From Candidatus Bathyarchaeia archaeon (GTDB lineage Archaea > Thermoproteota > Bathyarchaeia > Bathyarchaeales > Bathycorpusculaceae): a DNA stretch of 64,000 nt. Position 1 is the first letter of the stretch; every line of letters begins with the position of its first letter. Under the pieces are notes generated by a model. The model saw only the letters and a list, made by a program, of their open reading frames with translations, searched no databases and had not been told where the DNA came from. Position numbers and translations under genes: made by a program. This document shows, piece by piece, positions 20,530-31,078 of this stretch. The stretch lies in assembly GCA_038883655.1 (NCBI GenBank), contig JAVZLQ010000001.1, positions 64,001-128,000 of the forward strand. Reading direction: 5' to 3'.

Positions 20530-21171
20530 ATGAGCGTGTCCCAGAAAAAACAGCAGCTGCGCGAGAAAATTTGGAGCGAAATGGAACTTAGAGGAATAGC
20601 CACTTTTCCAAAACCTTGTAGGGGACGAATCCCAAACTTTTTAGGCTCATCAACTGCCGCTGAAAAACTGCGCCAAACAGACGAGTGGAAAAAAGCAAAA
20701 GTGATATTCGCAAATCCAGACTCGCCTCAGCAAAAGGTTAGAGAAAACGCGCTATTGGACGGTAAAACACTGATAATGGCTTCTCCGAGGCTTGCACGAG
20801 GATTCATCCTAATCAACCCAACTAAAGTGAAAGGCAAGGAGCGTTTCGCCTCAACTATCAAAGGCGCATTTAAATTCGGTGTGGAAACGCGATCTTTTCC
20901 AAAGCCAGACTTGATAGTTGAGGGTTCAGTGGCTGTTGATGTGTATGGGCATAGGCTTGGGAAGGGACATGGCTACGGCGACACGGAAATAGCCATAATA
21001 AAAAGGATGTTCGGAGAAATTCCAATAGCCACAACCGTACACGACATGCAGGTTGTTGAAGCTGTCCCGTTTGAGGAAAAAGACGAGAAAGTATCATTGA
21101 TTGTCACGCCTACAAGAGTTATCCGTGTTGTTGTCCAAAGTGGTTCTGCGCAGAAAACCTATAGGGGCTAG
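20530..21171 (+). CDS. 5-formyltetrahydrofolate cyclo-ligase family protein (MTHFSD-like)
   Basis: GRIPNF, NPDSPQ, GSVAVD..G.RLGKGHGYGD, TTVHD.QVV and IVTPTR. Confidence 0.85.
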   Translation: MSVSQKKQQLREKIWSEMELRGIATFPKPCRGRIPNFLGSSTAAEKLRQTDEWKKAKVIFANPDSPQQKVRENALLDGKTLIMASPRLARGFILINPTKVKGKERFASTIKGAFKFGVETRSFPKPDLIVEGSVAVDVYGHRLGKGHGYGDTEIAIIKRMFGEIPIATTVHDMQVVEAVPFEEKDEKVSLIVTPTRVIRVVVQSGSAQKTYRG

Positions 21172-21211
21172 GTCACTATTGGCTTTTTCCAAGCCAAAAA
21201 TACATGAATTT

Positions 21212-23080
21212 TCAGCGCAGTTTTTCAAGAGCCTTATCAACGTCGTCCAAGCCAAGTTTTCTAAGCGTCGCGCTTTTTGGAATGCCGTTCTCGTCCCAAC
21301 CAACAGCCTCGTAATATCGCCTGATTTCTGCCTCCACCTCAGTTTTGTCAGCGGCTTTTCCCTTGTATGGTCCAGACGGTAGTGGCTCATAGAATCTTGG
21401 CGGGTTTGAATCATGTATTTTAGGGTTCCATTTTAGGTCTGGTCCACCCAGCAGCAGCATTGCCCTTTGCAGTTGAAGGATTCGTAGTGCTTTCGTGTTA
21501 ATCCATTCTTCGTGTGTTAGTTCTATGCCCGTGACTGCCTTGTAAAACTCGAATTTTAAGCCTCGTGGTATTCCGAAAATGTTGAAGTAACAGTACACGG
21601 CTGAATCATTAAATGTCATTGCAAGTTCGCTTCTGAAATCGTCTAGTGGAAGGCAAGCAGTTGAGGTGTGGTCTCCGCCCTGAACTGAACATGCGTAAGA
21701 GTAGCTTTCTGGATAATCCTTTCCGCTTCTTATTCCATGCGCGCCTATACCTATCCCCTTACATTGAACAGCATACTGCAAAACGTCAATTCCCTTCATC
21801 TCTTGTATCTTCAATGCTGCGCGGTAAGTTCCCTCAGCCAGCAAGTCGCCTATGCCTTCTCGAAAAGCAATTTTCTTTGCTAAAACTGCGAAGGCTTCAG
21901 CGTCACCCCACTTAAGCTCTAAACCATCCAAATCATCCTTCGTTAATATGTCTCTCTGGAAAAGCTCAGCCGCAAATCCCATAACATTCCCAGTTTGTAT
22001 TCCGCAAAGTCCCAAATCGTCAATGAGTGAAGCCAAAAACACGTTTTCTTCAGGTGTGAAAATACCCAGGTTAGGGCCAAGATAGGCTTGCAACTCGTAG
22101 TCTGGATTATCCGTTATCGCGCCTTTAAACTTTCCAGTTTTTACTACGGCGACTTTTAAGCATGTTGTTGGACAGCCAAAATCTCCCCAGTAAGGCTTAA
22201 CCCAAACACGGCTCTCAAACTGGTCAACGCCAAAATTCTTTTCATCATGCCACTCCTCCTGCCAGTTCCGAACAGGCTCGGAACTCGTTTTCGCGCCAAC
22301 CTCATAGCCGGCTGAACCAGTTCCCCAACGCCTCCAAAGCTCACTCTCATAAACATCGTTGCACACTGCTTGCATTAACTCCTTCACCTTCTCCATGTCC
22401 GCAACTTCTGGTAGTGGACCGCTACCCTTGACGGCTATTGCCTTAAGCTTTTTAGAACCCATAACCGCGCCATAACCGCCATAACCTGCCGCATGCGTCC
22501 ACTTAGCCGCAACAACAGCTGTTCGAACCTTGTTCTCCCCGGCTGGACCAACATATAAGATGGATGGTTCTTTCCACTCGCCCTTCCATGGAAACCGCTT
22601 ATCCAAAAGTCCTCTGCATTCCCTTGTCAGGATGGCAACTGTTTGCTTTGCGTCTTTGCCCCAAACGTGAGAGGCATCCCTAATTTCGGCGTCGCCATCT
22701 TTGACGAAAAGGTAGGATGGTTTTTCTGCTTCTCCAGTCACTATTATACCATCATAGCCAGCGCACTTCAATTCTACACCAAATTCACCTGCAACTGTTG
22801 AGCCTACCATGCCGTTGCTTTGGGGAGACTTGCCGGAAACGCATATTCTCCCGCCTGGAAAGAATCCCGTGAGCGGTCCAGTTAAGAACAGCAAAATGTT
22901 TTCTGGTCCAAGCGGGTCAACGGTTTCCCATCTGTCGCCTAACCTGTCCCACAAAATTTTTGCTGCTAGACCTCTGCCGCCAACGTAATCTCTCAAAACT
23001 TCGTCGCTGAATGTTGTTTCTTTAATTTTTCCAGTTGAAAGGTTGACCTCTAAAAACTTTCCAGCGTAACCCAAAATCAT
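21212..23080 (-). CDS. Tungsten oxidoreductase (AOR/WOR family), large subunit
   Basis: GGRGLAAK, TGPLTG, KSPQS, GAVMGSKKLKA, PDYE and YYEAVGWDENGIP. The cluster motif reads DFGCPTTC. Confidence 0.9.
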   Translation of the reverse strand: MILGYAGKFLEVNLSTGKIKETTFSDEVLRDYVGGRGLAAKILWDRLGDRWETVDPLGPENILLFLTGPLTGFFPGGRICVSGKSPQSNGMVGSTVAGEFGVELKCAGYDGIIVTGEAEKPSYLFVKDGDAEIRDASHVWGKDAKQTVAILTRECRGLLDKRFPWKGEWKEPSILYVGPAGENKVRTAVVAAKWTHAAGYGGYGAVMGSKKLKAIAVKGSGPLPEVADMEKVKELMQAVCNDVYESELWRRWGTGSAGYEVGAKTSSEPVRNWQEEWHDEKNFGVDQFESRVWVKPYWGDFGCPTTCLKVAVVKTGKFKGAITDNPDYELQAYLGPNLGIFTPEENVFLASLIDDLGLCGIQTGNVMGFAAELFQRDILTKDDLDGLELKWGDAEAFAVLAKKIAFREGIGDLLAEGTYRAALKIQEMKGIDVLQYAVQCKGIGIGAHGIRSGKDYPESYSYACSVQGGDHTSTACLPLDDFRSELAMTFNDSAVYCYFNIFGIPRGLKFEFYKAVTGIELTHEEWINTKALRILQLQRAMLLLGGPDLKWNPKIHDSNPPRFYEPLPSGPYKGKAADKTEVEAEIRRYYEAVGWDENGIPKSATLRKLGLDDVDKALEKLR

Positions 23081-23604
23081 AGTAGCTTCTCTCCCTCCTC
23101 CCCGTAGATTTTGATGGCTAAGCTACGCGCTATCTCCTTTGGCTTGCGGGCATAAAGCCCATATGCGTAATTCCCCTTTGAAACAACGCGCAGAACATTC
23201 CATGAACCTTCTTGACAGACTTTAACACATTGTGGCTCTCCACCACACAAATCACAAATTAGTATATGTTCCTCCGTGGGGTGCATGTGTGGAACCCTTC
23301 CAGGACAAGCCTCAATACACTGCCCACAAGCAATGCAAACTTCCCTATCAACCAAAACGGCACCAGTTTCTTCGCTTACTGACAACGCCTTCACCGGGCA
23401 AGTTTGAACACACGGATAATCCTCACACTGCACACAGAAATGTGGAAAATCCGTGCCCGGAACCAGCATAAAAACCCTTATTCTGGAGGCTTCGGGCCAA
23501 ATGCGCTTCTCATGAAATAGCGAACAAGCAATTTCGCATTTTCTGCAGCCGCTACATTTTGCTAGGTCTCTGGCTATCCAAATCTGCTCCTTTTTGGTTG
23601 ACAA
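23077..23604 (-). CDS. Four-cluster Fe-S protein (DmsB/HmcB-like), partner subunit of the downstream WOR
   Basis: CSGCRKCEIAC, CVQCEDYPCVQTCP, CIACGQCIEACP and CDLCGGEPQCVKVC. 4-nt ATGA overlap with the WOR gene. Confidence 0.9.
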   Translation of the reverse strand: MSTKKEQIWIARDLAKCSGCRKCEIACSLFHEKRIWPEASRIRVFMLVPGTDFPHFCVQCEDYPCVQTCPVKALSVSEETGAVLVDREVCIACGQCIEACPGRVPHMHPTEEHILICDLCGGEPQCVKVCQEGSWNVLRVVSKGNYAYGLYARKPKEIARSLAIKIYGEEGEKLL

Positions 23605-23711
23605 ATTAAACACTCCTTAATGGTTACATTTCTATTGGGCGAGTGCGGAATACCTACATCTTTAAATGGTGATTTATAATTTTTGTTAAGTTAAAAGGCG
23701 AGGTAAAACTG

Positions 23712-24383
23712 TTGACTGCTCTGTATGAACTTCTAGGCATATTAGCCACTTCATTCATTTTAAACATTATACCATTCACTGGACCATCCAACATGCTTAT
23801 TGCCGCAAACATGGCTTTACTTGTAAACGCTGACCCATTTACTACTGGCTTTCTTGTTGCCTCGGGTTCAGCCCTAGCAAAGTCCATCCATTACGCCGTA
23901 ACATTTTTCGTCAGCGGCTTCGTAGACGAAGAACGTAGAAAACGCCTTGACGCAGCTGGAACAAAAATTAAAAACTGGGCTTTTTTGGCGCTTTTTATCG
24001 TGGCTGCATCACCACTTCCAGATGAGCCCATTATTATACCATTAGGGATTTTGAAATATAACCCAGTTAAGTTTTTTGTGCCGTACTTTATTGGAAAGTT
24101 GCTAATCTCCGTGATTGGAGCTTACCTTGGAAATACAGTTCAAGAACAACTTGCGCCTTTTGTAAGCCAAGAAGTTCTGGTAATTGCCTCAATAATATTC
24201 ACAGTGGTAGTAACAATCTTGTTATTGAAAGTGGACATAAGCCAATTCATTAGGAAGGTAAAGCAAAAGAAGCGAAACAGCCCGATGAATAATGCTCTAG
24301 GAAAAGCTTTTATGACAGCGTATAAAATCCAGAAAGTTCTATGCCCGAAGAAGCTGAAGAGCTGCCAGAAACACGCTCAATAA
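23712..24383 (+). CDS. VTT/DedA (SNARE-associated) family membrane protein
   Basis: NIIPFTGP, AASPLPDE...LGILKY...FF...IGK and several hydrophobic helices. Confidence 0.75.
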   Translation: MTALYELLGILATSFILNIIPFTGPSNMLIAANMALLVNADPFTTGFLVASGSALAKSIHYAVTFFVSGFVDEERRKRLDAAGTKIKNWAFLALFIVAASPLPDEPIIIPLGILKYNPVKFFVPYFIGKLLISVIGAYLGNTVQEQLAPFVSQEVLVIASIIFTVVVTILLLKVDISQFIRKVKQKKRNSPMNNALGKAFMTAYKIQKVLCPKKLKSCQKHAQ

Positions 24384-25738
24384 GCAAGTACAGAGACAAA
24401 ATTGTAAATGGCCCCATAATTCGCACCTTCTTTTGGTTGGGCATTCCTCCGCTTGTAAATCAGATTATAGTTGTGGCTTACAATCTTGCTGATGCTTACT
24501 GGCTAAGCGTTTACAGCGATGTAGCAGTGGCTATTCCAAGGCAGATGTGGCCAGTCATAGTGCTTTTCCAAGCGCTTTTGATGGCTTTAACAGCCGCGAG
24601 CCTAGGCATAGTTTCGCAGTATGTTGGAAACAAGGATTACGATGATGCAGGTAAGGCTGCTTCACGCTTTTTCACATTATCTTTTATTTCTGGGGCAGTC
24701 CTAAGCTCCTCGCTTCTAGCGTTTAGAGGTGCTATTTTCACTTTTATGTCCACACCAGCGGATATTTTTGATGATTTGATGACGTATTCTGGCATAATCG
24801 CATTTGACATCTTCTTCAACTACATATCCCTAACCTTTACAACACTGCTGCAGAGTGTAGGAGACACCAAAAGACCGGCAATTGTAAACGGCATCGCCAT
24901 CGGCATAAACCTAATTCTCGACCCGTTTCTAGTGCTAGGCATAGGTCCATTCCCAAAGCTTGGCGTTATAGGCGCGTCCATAACAGATGTTATGGGAAAA
25001 ATAATTTCAGCAAGCGCTTTGGCATACATCCTCAGAGAGCATTATCCAGACATCAAAGTGAAATTCACCAGAGACATAAGTGCCAGCTGGATTCGCTTAG
25101 TACTTCGTATATGCTTGCCGGTTTTGGCTTTGGGTTTAACAAACGGCTTCGCCTTTCTGATACAGCTCAAAATTATTAACATGCTTGGCATAGTGGCAGC
25201 CACAGCTTTCTCCATAGGCTTCGTAATAATGGATATCGTTGATGCTGCGCTTTGGGGCTTAAGCGGAGCCACGGCAATAATGGTTGGACAAAGCTTGGGC
25301 GCGGAAAACCGTAAGAGGGCTAGAGAGGTCGCGTTTAAAACGGCCTTCGTAATTTTCGCAATTATGGCAGTGAGCGCAAGCATACTCTACACAATTAGAA
25401 GGAACGTGGCTAGCGCCTTCACAGAAGACCCGAGCATGCTTAATGAAACAGACCTTTTTCTGCAGACCTTGCTGCCAACACTTCCATTTTTCGGACTATT
25501 CATAGTCGCAATGTCCACTGGAAGAGGTTCCGGACACACGCTTTTTCCAACATCCCTAGGTGTAGTACGCCTATGGGGAATAAGACTTGTCTTAGGCTAT
25601 TTGATGGCTTTCACATTTGAAATGGGCTCCATTGGAGCGTGGCTAGCAATAGCGCTAAGCAACATTGTTGGGGGAACAATAGCAATACTTTGGATAAAAT
25701 ATGGAGGCTGGGCTGAAGCCGTGATTAAGAGAAGATGA
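24341..25738 (+). CDS. MATE family efflux transporter
   Basis: About 12 TM segments with YNLAD, VSQYVG, GDTKRP, NLILDP.L..G.GPFP.LGV.GA and VGQSLGA. Confidence 0.9.
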   Translation: MPEEAEELPETRSISKYRDKIVNGPIIRTFFWLGIPPLVNQIIVVAYNLADAYWLSVYSDVAVAIPRQMWPVIVLFQALLMALTAASLGIVSQYVGNKDYDDAGKAASRFFTLSFISGAVLSSSLLAFRGAIFTFMSTPADIFDDLMTYSGIIAFDIFFNYISLTFTTLLQSVGDTKRPAIVNGIAIGINLILDPFLVLGIGPFPKLGVIGASITDVMGKIISASALAYILREHYPDIKVKFTRDISASWIRLVLRICLPVLALGLTNGFAFLIQLKIINMLGIVAATAFSIGFVIMDIVDAALWGLSGATAIMVGQSLGAENRKRAREVAFKTAFVIFAIMAVSASILYTIRRNVASAFTEDPSMLNETDLFLQTLLPTLPFFGLFIVAMSTGRGSGHTLFPTSLGVVRLWGIRLVLGYLMAFTFEMGSIGAWLAIALSNIVGGTIAILWIKYGGWAEAVIKRR

Positions 25739-25756
25739 CTAATTCATAAGCAACTT

Positions 25757-26344
25757 TTAGAGCTCCTTCTTCCAAACGTTAAAAATGCCCAATAGCTTAA
25801 TCTTTAATTCTTGCTGCTTAATAAGAGAAAAATCTTTTTCTGCTGGAATCCAATAAATTCCACTCTTCACCTCATAAGCACTTACGTTCATGTGCAACTC
25901 TTCTAAAGGTTCAATTGTTTTAATAAGGTAAGCTTGCCCTTCAATTTTGTAACCCGCCTTTTTATAAAACATGTTAGCACTTTCAGCCTCGATTGGAGTT
26001 TCCGCCAAAATTATTTTCAATCCCTTTTTTCGTGCGAAGTCTTCAGCGGTCATAAGAAGTGTTGTTCCTACACCTCTGCGTCGGAACGTCTTTAAGACAA
26101 CTAAATTTTCTATATGCGCTCCATTTTTACGCAGTTTTACATCGACAAGTCCAACTGGTTTGTCTCCAATTTCTGCCAAAAAAGTGGCATCATAATTCAT
26201 TTTTTTGGCTTCCTCCATAGAGACAGCATTTTGCAACACTCCAAACCACGATTCTGTTGAATAACCCTCATTATGCACTTTCACGTAGCCTATTAGGTCA
26301 TTGCGAGACTTCGTATTCAATAATCGAATTTTGATTTTTCGCAT
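25757..26344 (-). CDS. GNAT family N-acetyltransferase
   Basis: LVVLKTFRRRGVGT acetyl-CoA motif and ANMFYKKAGY. Confidence 0.8.
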   Translation of the reverse strand: MRKIKIRLLNTKSRNDLIGYVKVHNEGYSTESWFGVLQNAVSMEEAKKMNYDATFLAEIGDKPVGLVDVKLRKNGAHIENLVVLKTFRRRGVGTTLLMTAEDFARKKGLKIILAETPIEAESANMFYKKAGYKIEGQAYLIKTIEPLEELHMNVSAYEVKSGIYWIPAEKDFSLIKQQELKIKLLGIFNVWKKEL

Positions 26345-26495
26345 ATGGATACACGCGACTTTTGTTTTAACAAAGCCTCCTCATATATAAGATTCTAAAG
26401 TTGCTAGAGGTGTTTTCCGTGTTACATTTACGGGAAAGACAAGATAATATTTCTTCGGGAAACACAAATAAAGCGTGAAGGTCAACAGTAGGAAT

Positions 26496-27782
26496 ATGAG
26501 AGTTATAGCTGATCTTCACATTCATGGCAGATATAGCCGCGCTACAAGCCAAAGAATGTGCATCGAAGAGATTGCAAGATTCGCAAAAATAAAGGGTCTA
26601 AACCTTGTGGGCACAGGAGACTTCACGCATCCAAAGTGGTTAAAAGAACTGCAAGAAACGTTAATTCCCGAATCCGACACTGGCTTATATAAAGTTGCAA
26701 GCAACCCCGAACTTCCAGTGTACTTCATGATGACAACCGAGGTAAGCACAATATTCACGTATGAAAATGAAGTTAAAAAGATACACCATGTCATTCTAAC
26801 ACCAAGCATTGAAATAGCCATCCAGATCAACGATAGACTGGCGAGTTATGGCAACTTGGCCGTTGATGGCAGACCAACACTAAACATGGATGCACCACAT
26901 CTTGTTGAAGAAGTTATGGAAATATCAACTGACAATATGGTTTTTCCGGCGCATGCTTGGACTCCATGGTTCAGCATATTTGGCGCCTTCAGCGGGTTTA
27001 ATAGCGTTGAGGAATGCTACCAGGACATGACAAAGCACATTTACGCTTTGGAAACTGGGCTTTCCTCAGATCCGCCGATGAACTGGCGTTTAAGTAAACT
27101 CGACAAGTTTGCGCTGGTCTCAAATAGCGACAGCCACAGTTTTTGGCCATGGCGGATAGGCAGAGAAGCCAACGTCTTCGAAATCGGAAAACCAAGCTAC
27201 CATGAGATTTTAGAGGCTATACGAATGAAGGATTCTAGGCGCTTCAAGTTCACGATTGAGACAGACCCAGCTTATGGAAAATATCATTGGACTGGGCACA
27301 GAAACTGCAAAGTATCCCTACCTCCGCAAGAAGCCATAAAACTTGGCAATACTTGTCCTGTTTGCCGCAGAAAGCTCACAAAAGGTGTCGAGCAGCGTGT
27401 GGAGGAGCTTGCCGACCGCCCCCATGGATTTAAACCAGACGGTGCCATTGGCTTTAAGCATTTGCTGCCACTTTCTGAGATTATTGCAACAATGTTAGGC
27501 GTTGATTCTCCTTCTACACGGCAAGTTTGGAGCATTTACAATAGGCTTGTTGAGAAGTTTGGTGACGAGTATAGCGTTTTAATCGATGCGTCGAAGGAAG
27601 CCCTAAAAGACGTTGTTGATGTAAATATCGCCGAGGCAATAGTTCGCGTGAGAGAAGGTCATGTAAAGGTTATACCTGGATACGATGGGGTTTATGGGCA
27701 ACTCGTGATTTTTGATGAGGTTATGCGGGAGGGAGCTGCTTCTCAAAGAGTTCAACAAATGAATCTTACAGATTTCATGTGA
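26496..27782 (+). CDS. endoQ: Endonuclease Q family PHP-domain protein (TIGR00375-like)
   Basis: DLHIHGRYSRATS, GTGDFTHP, PAHAWTP, ETGLSSD, SNSDSHS, GKYHWTGHR, CPVC...GV..RVEELAD, PGYDGVYG and a C-terminal PIP-like QMNLTDFM. Confidence 0.85.
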   Translation: MRVIADLHIHGRYSRATSQRMCIEEIARFAKIKGLNLVGTGDFTHPKWLKELQETLIPESDTGLYKVASNPELPVYFMMTTEVSTIFTYENEVKKIHHVILTPSIEIAIQINDRLASYGNLAVDGRPTLNMDAPHLVEEVMEISTDNMVFPAHAWTPWFSIFGAFSGFNSVEECYQDMTKHIYALETGLSSDPPMNWRLSKLDKFALVSNSDSHSFWPWRIGREANVFEIGKPSYHEILEAIRMKDSRRFKFTIETDPAYGKYHWTGHRNCKVSLPPQEAIKLGNTCPVCRRKLTKGVEQRVEELADRPHGFKPDGAIGFKHLLPLSEIIATMLGVDSPSTRQVWSIYNRLVEKFGDEYSVLIDASKEALKDVVDVNIAEAIVRVREGHVKVIPGYDGVYGQLVIFDEVMREGAASQRVQQMNLTDFM

Positions 27783-27826
27783 GCCTTTTCTCCATGTTTT
27801 TGTTGTGTATGTGTGTTGTACGAGTA

Positions 27827-27850
27827 TACGACAAAACTTATAAAGTCGTA
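27827..27850 (+). promoter_or_regulatory. TATA box (TTATAAA, 27838-27844) enclosed by inverted repeat TACGAC-N12-GTCGTA
   Basis: Read directly from the sequence, about 33 nt upstream of ATG 27878. Confidence 0.5.
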
Positions 27851-27877
27851 ATATACACGATACATATGTGATGCAAC

Positions 27878-28198
27878 ATGGAATCTAAAAAAGTAAACAA
27901 GATATCAAAAATCGTAGACAGGGTTCTTAAGCAAGTCTTCGGCGAAGAGGCAACGCTCCTAATATATAAGTATCTGGAAGCAAACTACAATGTTAAGAGG
28001 GACGAAATAGCTGAAAAAATCGATGTTTTTGCACGCGGTCTCGAGGATTTTCTAAGCACTGGAGCCTACGTTGTTGAACGCAAAATACTAGAGGACATAT
28101 ATTCCAGCTATGGTCTGCTACGTAGGCTTGAGCTGGAAAAGATGCATGAGGAACGCGATTTTGCAAGCCACATTAAGCTTCTGATGCGGAACGCGTAA
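27878..28198 (+). CDS. Small conserved hypothetical protein (DUF3227-like)
   Basis: VLKQVFGEEATLLIYKYL...EI.EK...F..GL...L..GA.VVE..IL pattern, with its own TATA box. Confidence 0.7.
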   Translation: MESKKVNKISKIVDRVLKQVFGEEATLLIYKYLEANYNVKRDEIAEKIDVFARGLEDFLSTGAYVVERKILEDIYSSYGLLRRLELEKMHEERDFASHIKLLMRNA

Positions 28199-28308
28199 AA
28201 CAGCTCACTTAAAACTAATTTTGTAAGGTTAAGGGCAGTTTTACAACAACTTTTATAACTTGTTTCCGGGTATTTCTTCCCTAACCCAGTTTGGAAGGGA
28301 AGGCTTAC

Positions 28309-29691
28309 TTGAAAGATGATTTGCTTAAGGTTGTGAATAAAGCGCGAGGGTTTGGCGCCGAGTATTCTGAAGTGCGTGCTCAAGAACTTTTTAGGACAAC
28401 ATTAACCGTTAAAGAGGGACGTGTTGAGGCTGCAAGGCAAGGAATAGAAAATGGTGTGGCATTGAGGGTTCTTGTGAATGGCGCTTGGGGCTTTGCCTCT
28501 GTTGGAAGTTTTGAAACCAGAAGTTTGCTTGAGGCAGTTTCGTCTGCGTGTAGGATGGCTAAAACCGCAAGTTCCAAGCTTAAAAATCCAATAATGTTAG
28601 CAAAGGTTAAGGCTGTTGAGGACAAGGTCACAGTTAAGCCGCGGAAAGACCCATCAAAAATTTCAATAGAGGACAAGATAAGCTTGACTTTGGCCATAAA
28701 CAACAATGTTTTGGAATATGACAAGAGCGTCAAAAGTTGTACAATAGATTATTTGGATATGACTGGAAAAGACTACTTCATAAACAGTGATGGCACGTAC
28801 ATCGAACAAGACAAGCTTTATGTTTGGTCGAGGATAACAGCAACAGCGAAAACGGGCGAAATTTTCTCTTTCAGCCGGGAAGAAATAGGTTCAACCTCTG
28901 GCTACGAAATATTTGATGTGGAAACTCCGGAAGTTGTTAGCGAAAGGGTTGCAAAACGTGCAGTTGAACAGCTTAAAGCGAAACCTCCAAAAGGCGGCGC
29001 TTTTCCAGCGGTTATAGGACCAAATGTTGTTGGCGTGTTCGTTCATGAAGCTTTTGGTCATCTAGCTGAAGCGGATCTCACGTTGTCTGGCTCGGTGCTT
29101 TTGGGGAAGATTGGGAAGAAAATAGCGTCTGATGTTGTTACATTGTATGATGATGGCACAATAAAGGGTGCTTTCGGCTCGTTCAAGTATGACGATGAGG
29201 GCGTTCCATCGCAAAGAACGCTTCTCGTGAACAAGGGCATAGTGGTTGGACTCATGCACAGCAGAGAAACTGCACAGAAATTCAACATGCAGCCAACTGG
29301 AAACATGAGGGCTGAAGATTTTCGAGCTGAACCAATAATCCGCATGCGCAACACATACATGGAGCCAAAAGACCATTCATTTGAAGAACTAATTGAAGGC
29401 ATAAAGTTTGGCTATTACCTAAAAAGTTTCAGGGGTGGCCAAGCAAATTTGGATGGCACTTTTCAAGTGGGCATACAAGAAGCTTACGAAATTGTCAATG
29501 GCGAGTTAGGCGAGGCTGTTCGCAATGCCTCTATAAGCGGAAACACTCTTGAAACGCTTTTGAAGGTTGACGCTGTTGGAAAAGACTTTGAGCTTTGGCC
29601 TGGGAGATGCGGGAAGGGGCAAACAGCCTTTGTTTGTGATGGGGGTCCGCACATTAGGGTGAGGGAGGTGCTTGTTGGTGGAAGCGCTTAA
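28309..29691 (+). CDS. tldD: TldD-type metalloprotease
   Basis: [26 protein letters not shown] zinc motif, YDDEG, RMRNT and CGKGQ...GGPH. Confidence 0.92.
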   Translation: MKDDLLKVVNKARGFGAEYSEVRAQELFRTTLTVKEGRVEAARQGIENGVALRVLVNGAWGFASVGSFETRSLLEAVSSACRMAKTASSKLKNPIMLAKVKAVEDKVTVKPRKDPSKISIEDKISLTLAINNNVLEYDKSVKSCTIDYLDMTGKDYFINSDGTYIEQDKLYVWSRITATAKTGEIFSFSREEIGSTSGYEIFDVETPEVVSERVAKRAVEQLKAKPPKGGAFPAVIGPNVVGVFVHEAFGHLAEADLTLSGSVLLGKIGKKIASDVVTLYDDGTIKGAFGSFKYDDEGVPSQRTLLVNKGIVVGLMHSRETAQKFNMQPTGNMRAEDFRAEPIIRMRNTYMEPKDHSFEELIEGIKFGYYLKSFRGGQANLDGTFQVGIQEAYEIVNGELGEAVRNASISGNTLETLLKVDAVGKDFELWPGRCGKGQTAFVCDGGPHIRVREVLVGGSA

Positions 29692-31042
29692 AAAAGATGA
29701 CACTTTAAGTTTGGTCGAAAGTGCTGTTCAGTTTGCCTTAAGAGCTGGTGCTGATGAAGCTGAGGCTTTTGCATATCAAGGTTTGACGACAAACGTGATC
29801 ATAGAGCGTGGACAAGTTGCACGTAACTCACGTATCATCGACCAAGGAATCGGCGTTAGAGCCATAATCAACAAGGCGGTAGGTTTTGCTTACACGAACA
29901 TACTGGAAAGTAAGGAGGCAATTGAAAAGACTGTTCAGAACGCCTTAAAGGCTGCTAAGGCAAGCAAGCCAGACAAGGATTGGTGTGGTCTCGCATCAAA
30001 AAAGCCTAGAGCTTCAGTTAAGAACATTTATGACCGAAGGGTTACTGAACTGCAATCTGAGGATTTGGTGAAACTAGCTTCGTCCATGTTAAGCGCTGCT
30101 GAGGAAACGGATAAACGCGTTTTCCCAATAGAGGGTGGAGTCGGCGCCTCAGAACTTGTAAGGGCTGTTGCAAACTCAAATGGTATTTCATGTTTTGAAA
30201 AAGGAACAATAATTGAATGCAGCCTAGCTACGGTTGGGCAGGAGAGCGGCGAAGTGACACCTGTGTGCTTCGAGTTTAACGCTGAACGAAGCTACAAAAT
30301 AGACCCAGAATGGGTTGGTAAAGAAGCGGCAAGGCTTGCGGCTTCAGCTTTGAAAGCCAAAAAATTTGAAACTAAACGCACAAAGGTTGTGTTTGCGCAC
30401 GCCGCGTTTCACGAACTTCTTTACTTCACTTTGATGAACGCTGTTAAGGCGGACTATGTGCAGAGAGACCAGTCTGCGTTGAAGGGCAAAATTGGCGAAA
30501 AAGTGGCTTCTGAAATTGTTACGGTTTATGATGATGGCTTATTAAGTGGTGGTCTTCGCACATGGGAATTTGACGGTGAAGGTGTTCCACAGCAAAAAAC
30601 TCCATTAATGGAGAAGGGCGTTTTACGCAATTTCCTATACGATAACTATACGGCAAAGAGGGAGGGACGAGAAAGCACTGGAAACGCCTTCAGAGCAGGA
30701 TACCTATCAACGCCGTACGTGGATGCAACGAACTTCCACTTCACGCCCGGAAAGAAATCTCCGGAAGAGCTTATAGGCGAAATTGGTGATGGCTTGCTCG
30801 TATATTCTTTGCAAGGTGCTCACAGCAGTAATCCTGCAAGCGGCGAGTTTTCTGTTGTGGCTACTCCAGCGTGGAGAATCAAAGATGGTGCGGTTGCGTA
30901 TGCTGTTAGGGGGGTAATGCTGGCTGGCAACGTCTTTGATATGCTAAAGAACATTTCGGATTTAGCGAACAACGAACGGAAGGTTGGTCAGCTTGTTGCT
31001 CCTTGGGTGCTTGTGGAAAACGTTAAAGCTATAGGAAAATAA
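29678..31042 (+). CDS. pmbA: PmbA/TldE protein
   Basis: [29 protein letters not shown] and MLAGNV. Overlaps the end of tldD; start follows GGAGGTG. Confidence 0.9.
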   Translation: MEALKKDDTLSLVESAVQFALRAGADEAEAFAYQGLTTNVIIERGQVARNSRIIDQGIGVRAIINKAVGFAYTNILESKEAIEKTVQNALKAAKASKPDKDWCGLASKKPRASVKNIYDRRVTELQSEDLVKLASSMLSAAEETDKRVFPIEGGVGASELVRAVANSNGISCFEKGTIIECSLATVGQESGEVTPVCFEFNAERSYKIDPEWVGKEAARLAASALKAKKFETKRTKVVFAHAAFHELLYFTLMNAVKADYVQRDQSALKGKIGEKVASEIVTVYDDGLLSGGLRTWEFDGEGVPQQKTPLMEKGVLRNFLYDNYTAKREGRESTGNAFRAGYLSTPYVDATNFHFTPGKKSPEELIGEIGDGLLVYSLQGAHSSNPASGEFSVVATPAWRIKDGAVAYAVRGVMLAGNVFDMLKNISDLANNERKVGQLVAPWVLVENVKAIGK

Positions 31043-31078
31043 ATAACCGAGTCTTTGTATCCGCATTAAAAAGAGGCG

